The notes: a model not told the origin generated them from the sequence alone. DNA of 64,000 bases from Bugula neritina (GCA_964035545.1 OZ037767.1:25932628-25996627), one strand, 5' to 3'; counted from the stretch's first letter, positions 1-12,352 are shown. Numbers and translations are program-made.

Positions 1-151
1 CATCTATTACAATTATAAATTACAATTATGAAAAACTACAAGACAGTGAAACAAGAGCAAGAAAGTCTATAACTGCTGAAAGTTACAAGAAAAAGTTAAA
101 CATATAATTCACTACATTATAGATTATTAGCTAATAAAAGCAACAACTTGC

Positions 152-763
152 CTCCTGAACAGGCCTGTATGATGACCAGTTTGGGTCTACCGGCCATCTT
201 TGTGAACTTATAGTTGGACAGCAAATCTAGGATTTCCTTTCGTTGGACAGATATTTCATCTATACCACAGATGGTAGTCTCGTCACCATGTGTCATGATT
301 ACCAAAACAAACATACCATAGCAGCCATGTTCTTCATTTTGTGTTTCACTATGTATTGTATCTATCATTTCCTGTCAATAAAAAACACTAAAATTTAAAA
401 GAATAAAATAATGGTTTATCATATTGTTAAATAAAAATATTATAATAACAAAAGAAACCGGCTAAAAGTAGACTAATGTGAAAATCTATTAGTCTAATAA
501 ATTGATTACAAAGTATCCAAACATCAGTAAAGACAGCACCTATAGTTGAACCGTGAGCAAACTCATCAGTGATTGGCCAACTTAAAGAAGGTTGGACTAA
601 CCTGTGCTGTCAAGTCTTGATGCCGTGTACAATCGAAAGCAAGCGCAGTAAAAACATTTTCAATGTTTTGCGTATCGACATCAGAACCAAGTCTAGGAGG
701 ATCAAAGTTATAGTTGTTTATAATGAGACACCTTCCTCTATAAGGCTGAGATATCTGGTACAC
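152..763 (-). CDS. Caspase large (p20) subunit exons of the Roco-caspase gene
   Basis: Exons 763-602 and 371-152 join in phase 0: VYQISQPYRGRCLIINNYNF..RLGSDVD..VLVIMTHG..PKLVIIQACSG. Catalytic His and Cys are present, as are the Arg and Gln that form part of the caspase S1 pocket. Confidence 0.93.
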
Positions 764-3700
764 CTGCAAAGGTGAGAATGCATATCCAACCTGCGGACAA
801 TGCGAAAACAGCGTTTCATAAACTTTGGTAAAGTGATCTCTTTAAATACTAAAGTGTCCATCTAGAGTGGCTCAAAATCAACCAGTTGTTTAGTTTAGAA
901 AATTAGCCTGGTAACTTCAAAAAAATCATAAGTGATCCAACAATGAGTCAAAATGTCAAAACTACAAAGTAAATATTTTGCAAACCACAATATCTGTGTA
1001 CAGTCACGTTGACCGAGTGCCTTTGATTTATTTATAATGTAATTTCTATTTTAAAGCCAGAAACTAACTCATGCCTCCTTATAATTATCAGTATGAAAAA
1101 AGCTAAAAATCCTCATTTAAGTAGACTAACTCTATCTGATTGGTTGAAGAGTTGCCGGACATCTAGTGAAGTGCATGGCTTCATGTATATGTGAGGCTCC
1201 ATGATAGTAAGGTGGTCGTTCCTCTCATCCATAAACTCATCATCATCTGAGAAACCACCATCATCGTTATCTAAGAAAGCAGGAGCAAATTTACAAGACA
1301 TTTTAAAAACATCTATTTTCATTATGGAAATGGGTCATTTTATTTAATTTAGTACACACTGGAAATCTCTAATTTTTAGCTATTTTTCACAATTTAGCCA
1401 CTAAAGAAACATAGGTTTTTGCCCAACATTAGTAAAATATCAATAAATACTTCTAAGTAATCAAGGTTCTTTTTAATTTTGCTTGATTTCCCATGTTTTT
1501 CCTAATTATTCGGCTAATTTGGATTGCGGATCGTTGTTGGTTTTTTTAGTAACGGTCCGCAATCCAAATTAGCCAAATAAATAAGAAAAAACCTGGTAAA
1601 TCATGCAAAATTAAAAATAACCTTGATTATTTAGGTATATTTTTTAATATTTAACTAGTTTTGAGCAAAAACTCATGCTCATTAGCAGCTAAATTGTGAA
1701 AAATAGCTAAAAACTAGAGAGTTCCACTGTGTACTAAACTAAATACAATGAGCTAAATTAAAGTGACGCTCTCAAGCTTACAACACAGTCTGAGAATGAC
1801 ATTTACAAATAGCTGCTGTATATGGCTTTTGATTTTATAAGATTGTGCAATGAGTGAAAAAATTCGACTATGAATAAAGAACAAGTTTTTGATTATGTCA
1901 TTATGCCCATCCACAAGAATTAAATTTATAGAATCACTAAAACCATATTAATTATTAACATTGGTAATTGAATTATATATATTTAAATGAATTGCGACTT
2001 GCGTTTTTAAAAATTCCTAGTTTCTACATGTACTATGGTTTTCGAAAAAAAACATATTTTCAATTTTATTTTCAGAAATATCACTTGTTGAAAAACAAAT
2101 GTATTTTTATTTTCTATTTTTCTGTAGCCAATGAGCCTGCCAAAAGACAAGCTTACCAGACTAGTATAATTATGTAGATAACATTCTAAATTAAAACTAC
2201 ATAAATAGACGTGTGTAGGATAACTTGAACCAAATATAAAGGCTTACTTGAAGCTTGTACAGCTGTAACTGTGCTTGCTTGACCTAAAGCAAAATACATT
2301 TTGAAATTATAAAAATCCAACTACAAAAATATGTATGAAAGATACCCAACATACAGATAAAAATAACAACCATTGAGTAGAAAAATGCTCATAAAACATT
2401 TCAACATTTGTTTAAAAAAGAAGTTTTAATTTAAATTGACAAAAAACTGTTGGATTCAATTTTAACTTACTAAAACCACCCACTTATTTAAAAATGACTT
2501 TAGCTCAATTTTCCAAAGAATTTAAATTCCTGAGATTACCTTCACACATTGATGGAAAACGTTTAACCTCTTCCAAATACTTCGTCAACTGTTTGACATG
2601 ATTCTCATTTAACTCTTTACCTTAAAAGATCCAAGTTCCCATTTAAATTGAATCCAAAATTGCTAAACAAAAGCAGTAATATTATGGTACAAAGAATGCA
2701 AGCAGATACATAAAGAGTGCATGAGAATACTAAGGTATGAGCAAACGCATAGGCGAGATTATTCACCGATGTTTGTGAGGATAAAACCAGAACTTACATG
2801 GTTCAACCAATGGCAAGGGCACGTCTAGGTTGCCCTCTTTATCATTTTCCTTAAAACACTTGACCTGTGTATAACTTTTTGTACGAACATAATCAATTTC
2901 ATCTTCATTGAAATATGCCCAGTCTTTCATGGGTTGATATCCAGGCTCTTCAGCTCGAACATAGATGCAATGACAACAAAACAAATTCACCTCGGGACGA
3001 GTAGCTTTCCCGCACTTTTTAGCACAGCAGACAACCTTTTTGCATGTAATAGCTAACTTCTTCCATGACTGAGAAACCTGAGAGACTGGCGTCGTAACCT
3101 GTAGTATCAGACTGTGTTTTTTAAAGTCGTGGACCAAATGAAAGGAACATTCACCATGCTCAATAGTAGCTCCATTAGCATAGGACCATTTGTAGTACTT
3201 TTCTTCAGCATCGTTGAGCGTGTTAAACATGGCCACGGTGAGTAATTGGTGAACATACCTAGGCAAAGCTAAGCCCTTAAACAATATTTCAACTCTTAAC
3301 TGAAGCATGTTGCCAGCCTTCTTATATGAGTCATCTTTCAATTCAGGAGAGAAATATGGCAATATAAATTGAGGCCTTGGATGAGAATCAACAGGCCCGT
3401 GAACCAAGAAGAATGCTTGTAATACTTCCATCGCCACATTGTAGTCAAAGGCAGACTCGTGATCAAAGATTTGCTTTAAAACAAAGATATCAAGTATACC
3501 ATTAGTCCTAAAATTGTCTATCAAATGGTGATAATCTTCCTTATCCATCACCTTGCCATCAAAACGAACACCTTTGAATTTCTTGGCCATTTGATACCAT
3601 TCATGATAACCGGAGTGATGAAACAGCAACTTAACCATGTCAGTCACAGCCGTAATACGATGAAAAATAAAGTTCCTTAATGAGTCATGATCTTCATACC

Positions 3701-6700
3701 ACAAAATCCTTCCGATATTTCGCAGGTATCGAACTATGACATCAAGTTCATCTGCCCCAGAATACTTTCTCTCAAGATCAGAAAAAGTAAGAAAAGCTTT
3801 ATCTTTATTTTTCTCAATAAAGTCACCAACCTCTTGCCACCATTTTGGAATGAAGCCACTAAACTCTTGGCAATATTGTTCTAATGATTCCGTCAACTGT
3901 GAAAGATTTGGCAGGTCATCGGGGCTATCTCCTAACTCAAAGATATCAGAAAACGAAAACAATCGTCTACTAGTGTTCTCAAAGTAATCAATTTTCTGAA
4001 AGTCTTCCGGTAAGTCCAGTAACTCTTGTTCATCCAAAAATTTTTTTCGAAGTGCTTCAACATTCTCCAAAAGCTGTTCTTTTAAGGATTCGAAACTATG
4101 GGAACTATTTTCAAACTTGTCTTTGTGAGTGAGAACGAGAAGAGGGCGCTTCAACCTAGGACAATCAAGGTATAAGTGTGACAGCCAATCAAAACAAACC
4201 TTTTGAGTAGCTTTCTCTGGCTCATCAAATTCCAATTCAGTACGATATTGCTCCATGTTTACAACTATTAGAGGAATGCAGTGATCTTTCAGAGCCATTT
4301 GGTAGGCCATATGGTACACTTGATGGCCGCCAAAATCAACAAACCGCAAGCTACAATCTTTGAGATCAAGCTTGTTAAACTCAAAAACCTGGGTGGTGTC
4401 ATCTTTCTCTGAGCTGATGCAGCGTGTGGTAAACATCCTTCGTTTTTCTTTCAAACTACGTACCAAACTAGTCTTGCCGGACATCAACTCCCCGATGACA
4501 GCAACCGTGCCAGCAATAACTTTCACTTTACCCTTCTTTAGATCATTGTAAAACTTAAAAATCGCTCTTTTACCTTGCTCGCAAACCGCAAACGGAGGGC
4601 TATTGAGTGCCTCACAACGACGGCAGTCAATAGTGGACAGTTTTGTCAAATTTGTTAAATTCTGGTCTAAATTTTTGAGAACTTCGTTTGATTGAACAGA
4701 TCCCAAGCTGAGGACTCGTAGTTCTTTGAAAGAACAAACAACAGGAGGAAGAGTCTCAAACTTGTTCATTCCAAGACTTAATATCTCCAAATTCTTCAGC
4801 TGTGATAAACTAAAATAAATATGATGATTTTTCACATATAACGATACTTAGATTAATATTATATAATACAGATTATAACTAAAAGAATCAAGTTTTGTTA
4901 TTAGCTAATTATTGGGATATTAAAAATTCTCAGTTTGCAGAAGCTTTTGCACTTGATATTGCCAACATTAATACAATTTGTGCTAAAACATATAATATTT
5001 AGATGATAATATGCTCAGCAGTATTACCTCGCATCTATTTCTTTGAAAACATAATTTTAAAATAGTTGCTAACAAATACAAGCATTACATAACATTTCCA
5101 ACTATGCTATATCATAGTAAAGCAAATTTAGAGGGAAAAGTTTAGAAAAGTAGTTTACCTTTCAGGTAAATCGTTGAGATCACAATTTACAAGGCGAAGT
5201 GTTCTAAGTGAATGAATCTTCGCAACACCAGAGGGCAGACCTTTACTGAAATCATTATCCGACAGATCAAGGGATAGCAGACTCTCCAGGGCTTTACAGC
5301 TACAAAAACAGGGCATACTTAAAACATTAAACTGAGTGAGTAGTTAAAATTTCTTGGTAATGCCTAAATGATTAGAGCTATAATAACTTAGATGATATTG
5401 ACAAATAAATATATTTTAAATAAAGTTTGAAATATATTTTGTAAGCTTTTGAGATACACTAATAATATATGATATGAACATGCAGAGCAGACCTGTCAGG
5501 CAAACTATGGAGGTTACAGCTAGCAAGGTTCAGATCTTCTAATTCAGAGAGCTCTGCGAGGATAGGTGGTGGTGAGCCATTTTCAAAGTCATTGTAAGAA
5601 ATATCCAACTTCTTAAGACTAGTCATGAACTTGAGCCTTCAAATTGATCAATGCAGTAAATAACTTGAGTACATAAAAAACTTACTGCAGTATTAGAAAA
5701 TAGCTAACAATGAAAAGGTTTAAATATGTAAAGATGGAAACTGTTTAATAATTCGAAAGATATCCGTTTTAAAACATAACCATTAAATATAGAGAAATAC
5801 GATGATAACACAAGTTTCGTCCTAATAATTGAGGGCTCACTGTTAGTGTGAGCATAGGATAGCTTTTACACTTGACTAACTTTGGTATAATATAAAAACA
5901 CGTGTTGGCTATTCAGATCTCTGTTCCTCGCAAAGACTAAAACAGATATGGTGAGAAACGGTGAGAATAGTTTATGAACACGTCTGCATGTTCACTACTT
6001 ACGAAGGAAGGCTACGAAGATGAGATTTTTTCAGCTGAAGATCAGTAACTGATGTCAACTCAAAGATGCAGGCTGGCAGGGCACCTTCAAACCAGCTCTC
6101 GGATAAGTCTAGTGTTTTCAGCCCCACCATATTTTTCAAACTAAAGCAAGAAACAAATATATACATAATAAGCTGTACATAGCATATATAAAACAAGAGA
6201 TATGCATCCTATCTTTAACATAACAGCTTTTCTACAATAAAATATGTAAACTATACTGCTTATTTAACAATTTAATAGCTCAGATATCCTAACAACATGG
6301 TGAGTATTAACTAAAAAAGATGCAACAGGTATGATAGTAAATGCAACGCAGACTGCAACATGAAATGCTGTTTTTACATTTGTAATGCGCAATATTTCTT
6401 ATAAATTTTATAAACATTTTACAGGAATCATTACACTAATAAAACTACAGTAGCTACGTATTATGCATGCACCTAACATCTAAAGTCCGTCTATTGTATA
6501 GAAATATAGAAATGAGATGACCATATAAAATTGAAATCAGTGAAACATGCAGAGAGAGAAAATGTTTTGTGTGCCAGTTAACCACAATTACAAATATATT
6601 ATGTCATAAATAGTAAACTAAAATGAGATTAGAAATAGGTACCACTACAAGATGAAAAAACTTATAGCAGCAGTATATTAATAAAAACACATGGATACCA

Positions 6701-8912
6701 CTGGTTACCAGCAAACGATGTCAGTGGCAGTATTTGTATTACTAAGCTAATATGGTTAGCATTTCATATAAGAATGAGTGGCAGCTAAATTTACTTTGTT
6801 AGAGTTTACTATAGATATAATAGAGAAGGTGAGATGTTATTTACCTAGTTAAGTATGAAACTACAAATAACCATAAAATTTTAGTACTTGAGTTTTATGG
6901 AGCGTAGATATAATTCTAAGTACACTGGGAAATATAATGAACAAAAATATTATGTTATATAATATATGTTATAGATGTTACACAGGGTTAGCCAACAATT
7001 ATGTAATGTTTATAACTCTATTGCATTTAGCACAATGATCAATTATTATTAAATATAAAATTTAAATATAAAAGTTAAAAGTTTGAACACTGGTGATGCT
7101 AATCAATCATATTTTATTACAGGAAACCCTAACCTCTCATCACCTTATTTCTTGGAAAAGTAATACTGATAAAAATTGAGTAAGTGGGTTAATAAACATA
7201 TTCAAAATGATAAATGCAGAGTAAACAAATAATGAAATGACAGCAACAATATATACTTGATAAACCTGTACATATGATCCCACTACCCAAACAGGACAAA
7301 GTAGAGATATGTGAGGAAACCTGTACACATGATGCAAATGTTCCAACAGAATAACTTGTGTGTTTCTCTGTACTATATAGCATACATGTATATGTGATTT
7401 ACTCCATATAACATTGGCAGCAACATGGGGGCATGTTTATATCCAGAGGCACTACATATATCTTTATATTGACACAACACATATACTTACTCATACTATA
7501 TGCATACGTAGAGACACACTGGTGTAAAAATTGCCTTTCTATAGAATATGCTATATTTAGAGAAAAAAAACTGTATCTAGTAAATGAATTGTGTCTATAA
7601 ATAGTTTTAATCTAGCGAAACAGCTTATTTTATTCCAGAATATTTATTAATGAAGGACATGGTGTAAGGTTTGTTCCAGAATACTTATTTCACAAAGGAA
7701 ACAAAGCCAAGTATATTAGAGGTACCTGGAAGGAAGAGAAGAGAGTTCAGAGCGAGTAATTCTAAATACGCTAAGGTTGGACAAATCTGAAATGTAGTCA
7801 GGAATGCCATTCGGAAATTTACTGTCATTGATGTGCAGTGTTTGTAGTGATTTGAACCTACAACGCAAAACAGTTGTAGCACTAGGGTGACATTTTAGTA
7901 ACTAGCAGAAATTCAACTCTAACAAACTCTAATACTGAGCTAAAACAGTGTAATCTATATAGTTTAGATGAAATACAAAAACTAGGACTCATCAGGATAA
8001 AATTAATTATATATATATGCAAACGTACAAAATCACTAAATACGAACTTGAAAACCATTTTCTTAGCAACCATAAAAAAACAATGAAATGCAAAAAATTT
8101 TAAACTAAGGATAAAATAAACAAAACATAAAAACTGACTGCGAATTTTATATCTCTTAGATAACTATAAAATAATTTTTAATAAGCACTAACTTTCCTAA
8201 CACTGGTGGGAAAGCATTGATATTTTCCACTAGCATGTTGGTAACATGAGGAGCGACAGTATCTAATGAATCAGGGGGATCTCCTCTGATACACAAGTGT
8301 GTTATGATGTCATCTCCAACTTCCTCTTTCAACTCAGCCATGGTGATGCGTCTCAAATCCATCTCATCAGTCCGAGGCATCTCTGATAAGTTAGCATCAT
8401 CCAGAGCATACCAGACAAAAAACGTCGGACCTAACAAAACCAAATATATCTTATTCAGAATCAATTTATGATTCTAAAAATATGTTTTTAAACAAAATGG
8501 TTATTCCTAAAACAAGAAATTCACAAATATATATTAGTTTTATTCAACATGTAAACTATGGTAAACATTTTAAAAGCATATTAAACTTATTAAAATTCTT
8601 TCTAAATACTCATAACTCAATTATTTACTAACCTGTCTAACAATAACCCGATACAACTTGATACAACAAAACAGCTCAGTTAGTGTCATTAATCAAGTCA
8701 AAGACTAGCATTATATCATGTAATTCTAAGATACTATTCAATAATTTATCTCTATTTTCTACAGACTGTTGATCAATATATTATCTTAACTCACCAAAAC
8801 TATCAAAACCACCAACATACGAAGTTGGGAAGTCGTTAACAGGAACTTTGTTTATGGGCCTCACTTTTGGGCAAACCGCTTTCCGCTTCTTGTTTTTCTG
8901 CTGCTTACTCAT
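152..8912 (-). CDS. LRR-ROC-COR (Roco) GTPase fused to a C-terminal caspase (peptidase C14); 12 coding exons in window, 3'-partial (the p10 subunit should lie beyond base 1)
   Basis: Exons 8912-8795, 8430-8193, 7857-7726, 6140-6003, 5636-5493, 5299-5159, 4809-2798, 2620-2540, 2283-2248, 1270-1131, 763-602, 371-152. They total 3562 nt with no in-frame stop and compatible phases at every junction; introns are GT-AG except the last donor, which is GC. Motifs: LxxLxLxxN LRRs; PPFAVCEQGKRAIFKFY pre-ROC helix; G1 GELMSGKTS, G3 DFGG, G4 THKD; COR IPKWW and LRNIGRILWY; caspase YRGRCLIINN, RLGSDVD, MTHG, GRPKLVIIQACSG. Confidence 0.85.
1335..1751. mobile_element. Foldback/MITE-like long inverted repeat (arms about 200 bp, loop about 15 nt) in a Roco-caspase intron
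   Basis: Left arm TTAGTACACACTGGAA...GGCTAATTTGGATTGCGGATCGTT pairs with right arm AACGGTCCGCAATCCAAATTAGCC...TTCCACTGTGTACTAA, with scattered mismatches; no ORF. Confidence 0.8.
2798..4809 (-). CDS. 2012-nt exon encoding the last LRRs plus the ROC GTPase and COR domain
   Basis: Lies within ORF 2763..4835; acceptor at 4811-4810, donor GTAAGT starting at 2797. P-loop GELMSGKTSL, switch I Thr (DDTTQ), DFGGHQVY, VLTHKD, Roco-type COR motifs and a C-terminal CCHC. Confidence 0.92.
5159..7857 (-). CDS. Four symmetric (phase 2-2) LRR cassette exons, about two repeats each
   Basis: Exons 7857-7726 (132 nt), 6140-6003 (138), 5636-5493 (144), 5299-5159 (141). Examples: LKKLDISYNDF..LEDLNLASCNLHSLP and LLSLDLSDNDF..LRTLRLVNCDLNDLP. 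Confidence 0.88.
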
Positions 8913-9878
8913 TTTTATACGTAACAATAGGATAGACTTCAACTGGGAAATAATATCATAATTATTTATCAAGTATAGTTCAAAAACCTAGTTCATATAT
9001 TTTACCTGGTAGATTGAAAAACATTATACATATATAATTACAATGCTAAAATTTTAGGTTATTATTAGTACGACCATTTAATAATATTATTAATCAATAC
9101 ACTGTCAATATTACTATTATTTCTACGACTACAAACCATTGCTAACAATTTTCAATATATTATCTTGCAAATAAATTTGAAAAGAAGCAAGTAATAATCA
9201 CATGAAGATAAAAATGCAACAATTATCATAGGTTATTAATATTAATATTATATTGATAATGTCAACATGAAACTGAAAGTGAGTGTGAATACATATTAAT
9301 CTTAAATCATGCTTTAATCGTTATGGTAGCCGTAATGATAATCACATCATATTTATTGCCTATTACTATAAGTATAAGTATTAGTATGACTCGGACTGTT
9401 TAACCATATTTACACTTAATATTATTCACTTATTGGCTACAGTCACTAGCTCAGCTGCTGTTAATAACTGTAAAGTGTAACTGTAAGGTTTTACTGCAAT
9501 TATAACTATAACTAGTAGTTGTTCAGTTACCTGTGGGCAGGTCGATTCATTTTCATTTCATTTATAGCAGGACTTAATAATGGTAATACTTATAGTAATA
9601 ACTATAAGCAGTCAAATACAATCACTATCGTCCATTACTATCAGTATGAGTATGAGTATCAGAATGAGAATGAAAATCACAATCCTTTTTAACTTTTTAC
9701 ATTATTGATTACTTAAAGTTTATTCTATATAAATATCATATTAAATAAATTATTTGAGCGCGGTTGAGTAAAACAAAATATGCAATGCAATAACTATAAA
9801 AGTAAAACAACCAAGACAGGGAAGCAAGTACGACTTAGACTATCCCCATCACTACGCGAGACTTTTGAAACTGCAAGA

Positions 9879-9889
9879 GGGATATTCCC
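9879..9889. promoter_or_regulatory. NF-kB-type site upstream of the Roco-caspase gene
   Basis: GGGATATTCCC matches GGGRNWYYCC on both strands, about 1 kb upstream of the ATG at 8912. Function untested. Confidence 0.35.
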
Positions 9890-10129
9890 TAGAAACATGG
9901 AAAGCGCTTGAAACAGCACAAAATTGGTAGTCACTGAGTGCAGTAGCTAAGGGTATTGGCTTCAGAAGTTCGAGAAACGCTACTTACGTAAATACTGCAT
10001 TTTAATGATTCCCAACTTTGTGTTGCTTCTAAAGATTTTCTAGATAAAGCGCTTTCGTTTTGGCCTTGACCTTAGCCATTTATTACAAAGTCTGTTCCAC
10101 TTCCAAAGTTATTTTTTCACACCTGTTCC

Positions 10130-10566
10130 CAGTGTGGTATATTAAGAGTGTTGCCATTAGCAAATCTTACGGAATCATATGGGCGCCATTATGCCGAGAT
10201 TGGTACCGCGAGTTTATATAAGTTATAAGGGAAAAATTTTGCCACTTTTGTTATTTTATTTTTTTTCTATTTTATGTGTACATTTTTTTTAATTTTTTTT
10301 ATTGGTAAAGTTTTTAAACACATTTTTAATGCACATAAAATTAAAAGAAAAATTAAAACTCAATCATGCACATAAATACAAAGCTATAAAGTTCAAGCTT
10401 CGCTGTGATTTTAATGTGAATATGAATTGAATAATGCTTGCAATAACCATTATACACAAAATACGTTACAGTTGCTATAAATGTAAGACTAGTTAATTGG
10501 ATGCAAATAAGCACGGTAATACTACTTAATTTATGCTATTTTTGAATTTTGTAGTAAATATTTGGC

Positions 10567-10639
<73 letters not shown>

Positions 10640-11871
10640 ATATTATTATATATATATAATATATAATATTATTATATGTATATATATATATATATTATAT
10701 ATAATATCATTATATATATATAATGTATATAATTTAATATATAATATAATAATATATTATATATGATATTATTATATATATAATATAATATATGATATAA
10801 TAATATATTATATATATTATATATGATATTATTATATATAATATATATATATAATATATTATATAATATATTAATGCATAATATATTATTATAATATATA
10901 TATATCATATATAATATAATATATAATATAATAATATATTATACATGATATTATATATATATATAATATATATAATATACTATATAATATAATAATATAT
11001 AATATATTATTAAAAAATATATATATTATATATAATATTATTATACTTGTATAATATATATATAATATAATATAATATATAATATATAATAATATATAAT
11101 ATGTTATTATAATATATATATATATATTATAAATAATATAATATAATAATATATTTTATATGATATTATATATATATATAATATATATATAATATATATA
11201 TAATATAATATAATAATATATTATATTATTATATTATATAATATATTATTATAATATATATATATTATATATAATATTATTATACTTGTATAATATATAT
11301 AATATAATATAATATACAATATATAAAAATATATAATATATTATTATAATATATATATATATATTATAAATAATATAATATAATAATATATTTTATATGA
11401 TATTATATATATATAATATATATATAATAAAATATAATAATATATTATATTATTATATTATATAATATATTATTATAATATATATATATTATATATAATA
11501 TTATTATACTTGTATAATATATATAATATAATATAATATTATTATACTTGTATAATATATATAATATAATATATTATTATTATACTTGTATAATATATAA
11601 ATAATATAATATAATATATAATATATAATAATATATAATATATTATTATAATATATATATATATTATAAATAATATAATATAATAATATATTTTATATGT
11701 TATTATATATATATAATATATATATAATATAATATATAATATAATAATATATTATATTAATATATTATACAATATATTATTATAATATATATATATTATA
11801 TATATTATTATTATACTTATATAATATATATATAATATAACAATATATAACATAAAAATATATAATATATT

Positions 11872-11925
<54 letters not shown>

Positions 11926-12352
11926 CATGCCGAATATTTACTACAAATTTCAAAAATAGCATAAATTAAATAGTATCACCGTGCCTATTTGCATCCAATT
12001 TACTAGTCTTACATTTATAGCAACTGTAACATATTTTGTGTAAAATGGTTATTGCAAGCATTATTCAATTCATATTCACATTGTAATCACAGCGAAGCTT
12101 AAACTTTATAGCTTTGTATTTACGTGCATGATTAGGTTTTAATTTTTTTTTAAATTTTATATGTATTGAAAATATGTTTAAAAACTTTACCAATAAACAA
12201 AACTAAAAAAAATGGACACATAATGTAAAAAAAAAAATAAAATCACAAAAGTGGCAAAATTTTTCCTTTATAACTTATATAAACTTGCGGTACCATTAGC
12301 GACATAATGATTTTTCATGGTTTAAAGTCAACACTCTTAATATACCACACTG
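10130..12352. mobile_element. Non-autonomous hAT-like DNA transposon with long inverted arms and an almost pure AT core
   Basis: Termini CAGTGTGGTATATTAAGAGTGTTG (10130) and CAACACTCTTAATATACCACACTG (ends 12352) are exact reverse complements. Exact 8-bp TSD CCTGTTCC at 10122-10129 and 12353-12360. Inverted similarity extends about 430 bp inward (10130-10570 vs 11924-12352). No transposase ORF. Confidence 0.9.
10570..11922. repeat. (TA)n-bounded, almost pure A/T minisatellite core with higher-order units of about 240-300 bp
   Basis: (TA)n runs at both ends; the landmarks TTATACTTGTATAATATAT and AATAATATATTTTATATG recur. Confidence 0.9.

Noticed and set aside
3687-4551. Plus-strand ORFs opposite the ROC-COR exon, and similar antisense ORFs over SPRTN, agrin and Runx exons
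   Set aside because: Shadows of real coding exons; no recognisable motifs.
117-4835. Treating the caspase ORFs and the 690-aa Roco ORF as two separate genes
   Set aside because: A GTAAGT donor at 2797 and three phase-matched linker exons join them, and I found no separate start or prodomain for the caspase. Not fully excluded without transcripts.
7140-7383. Hydrophobic ORFs in the long LRR intron as extra LRR or transmembrane exons
   Set aside because: No LRR pattern and no convincing phase-2 splice sites; T-rich composition explains the hydrophobicity.
10672-10908. 78-aa Ile/Tyr/Asn-rich ORF
   Set aside because: Translation of the AT minisatellite; not a gene.
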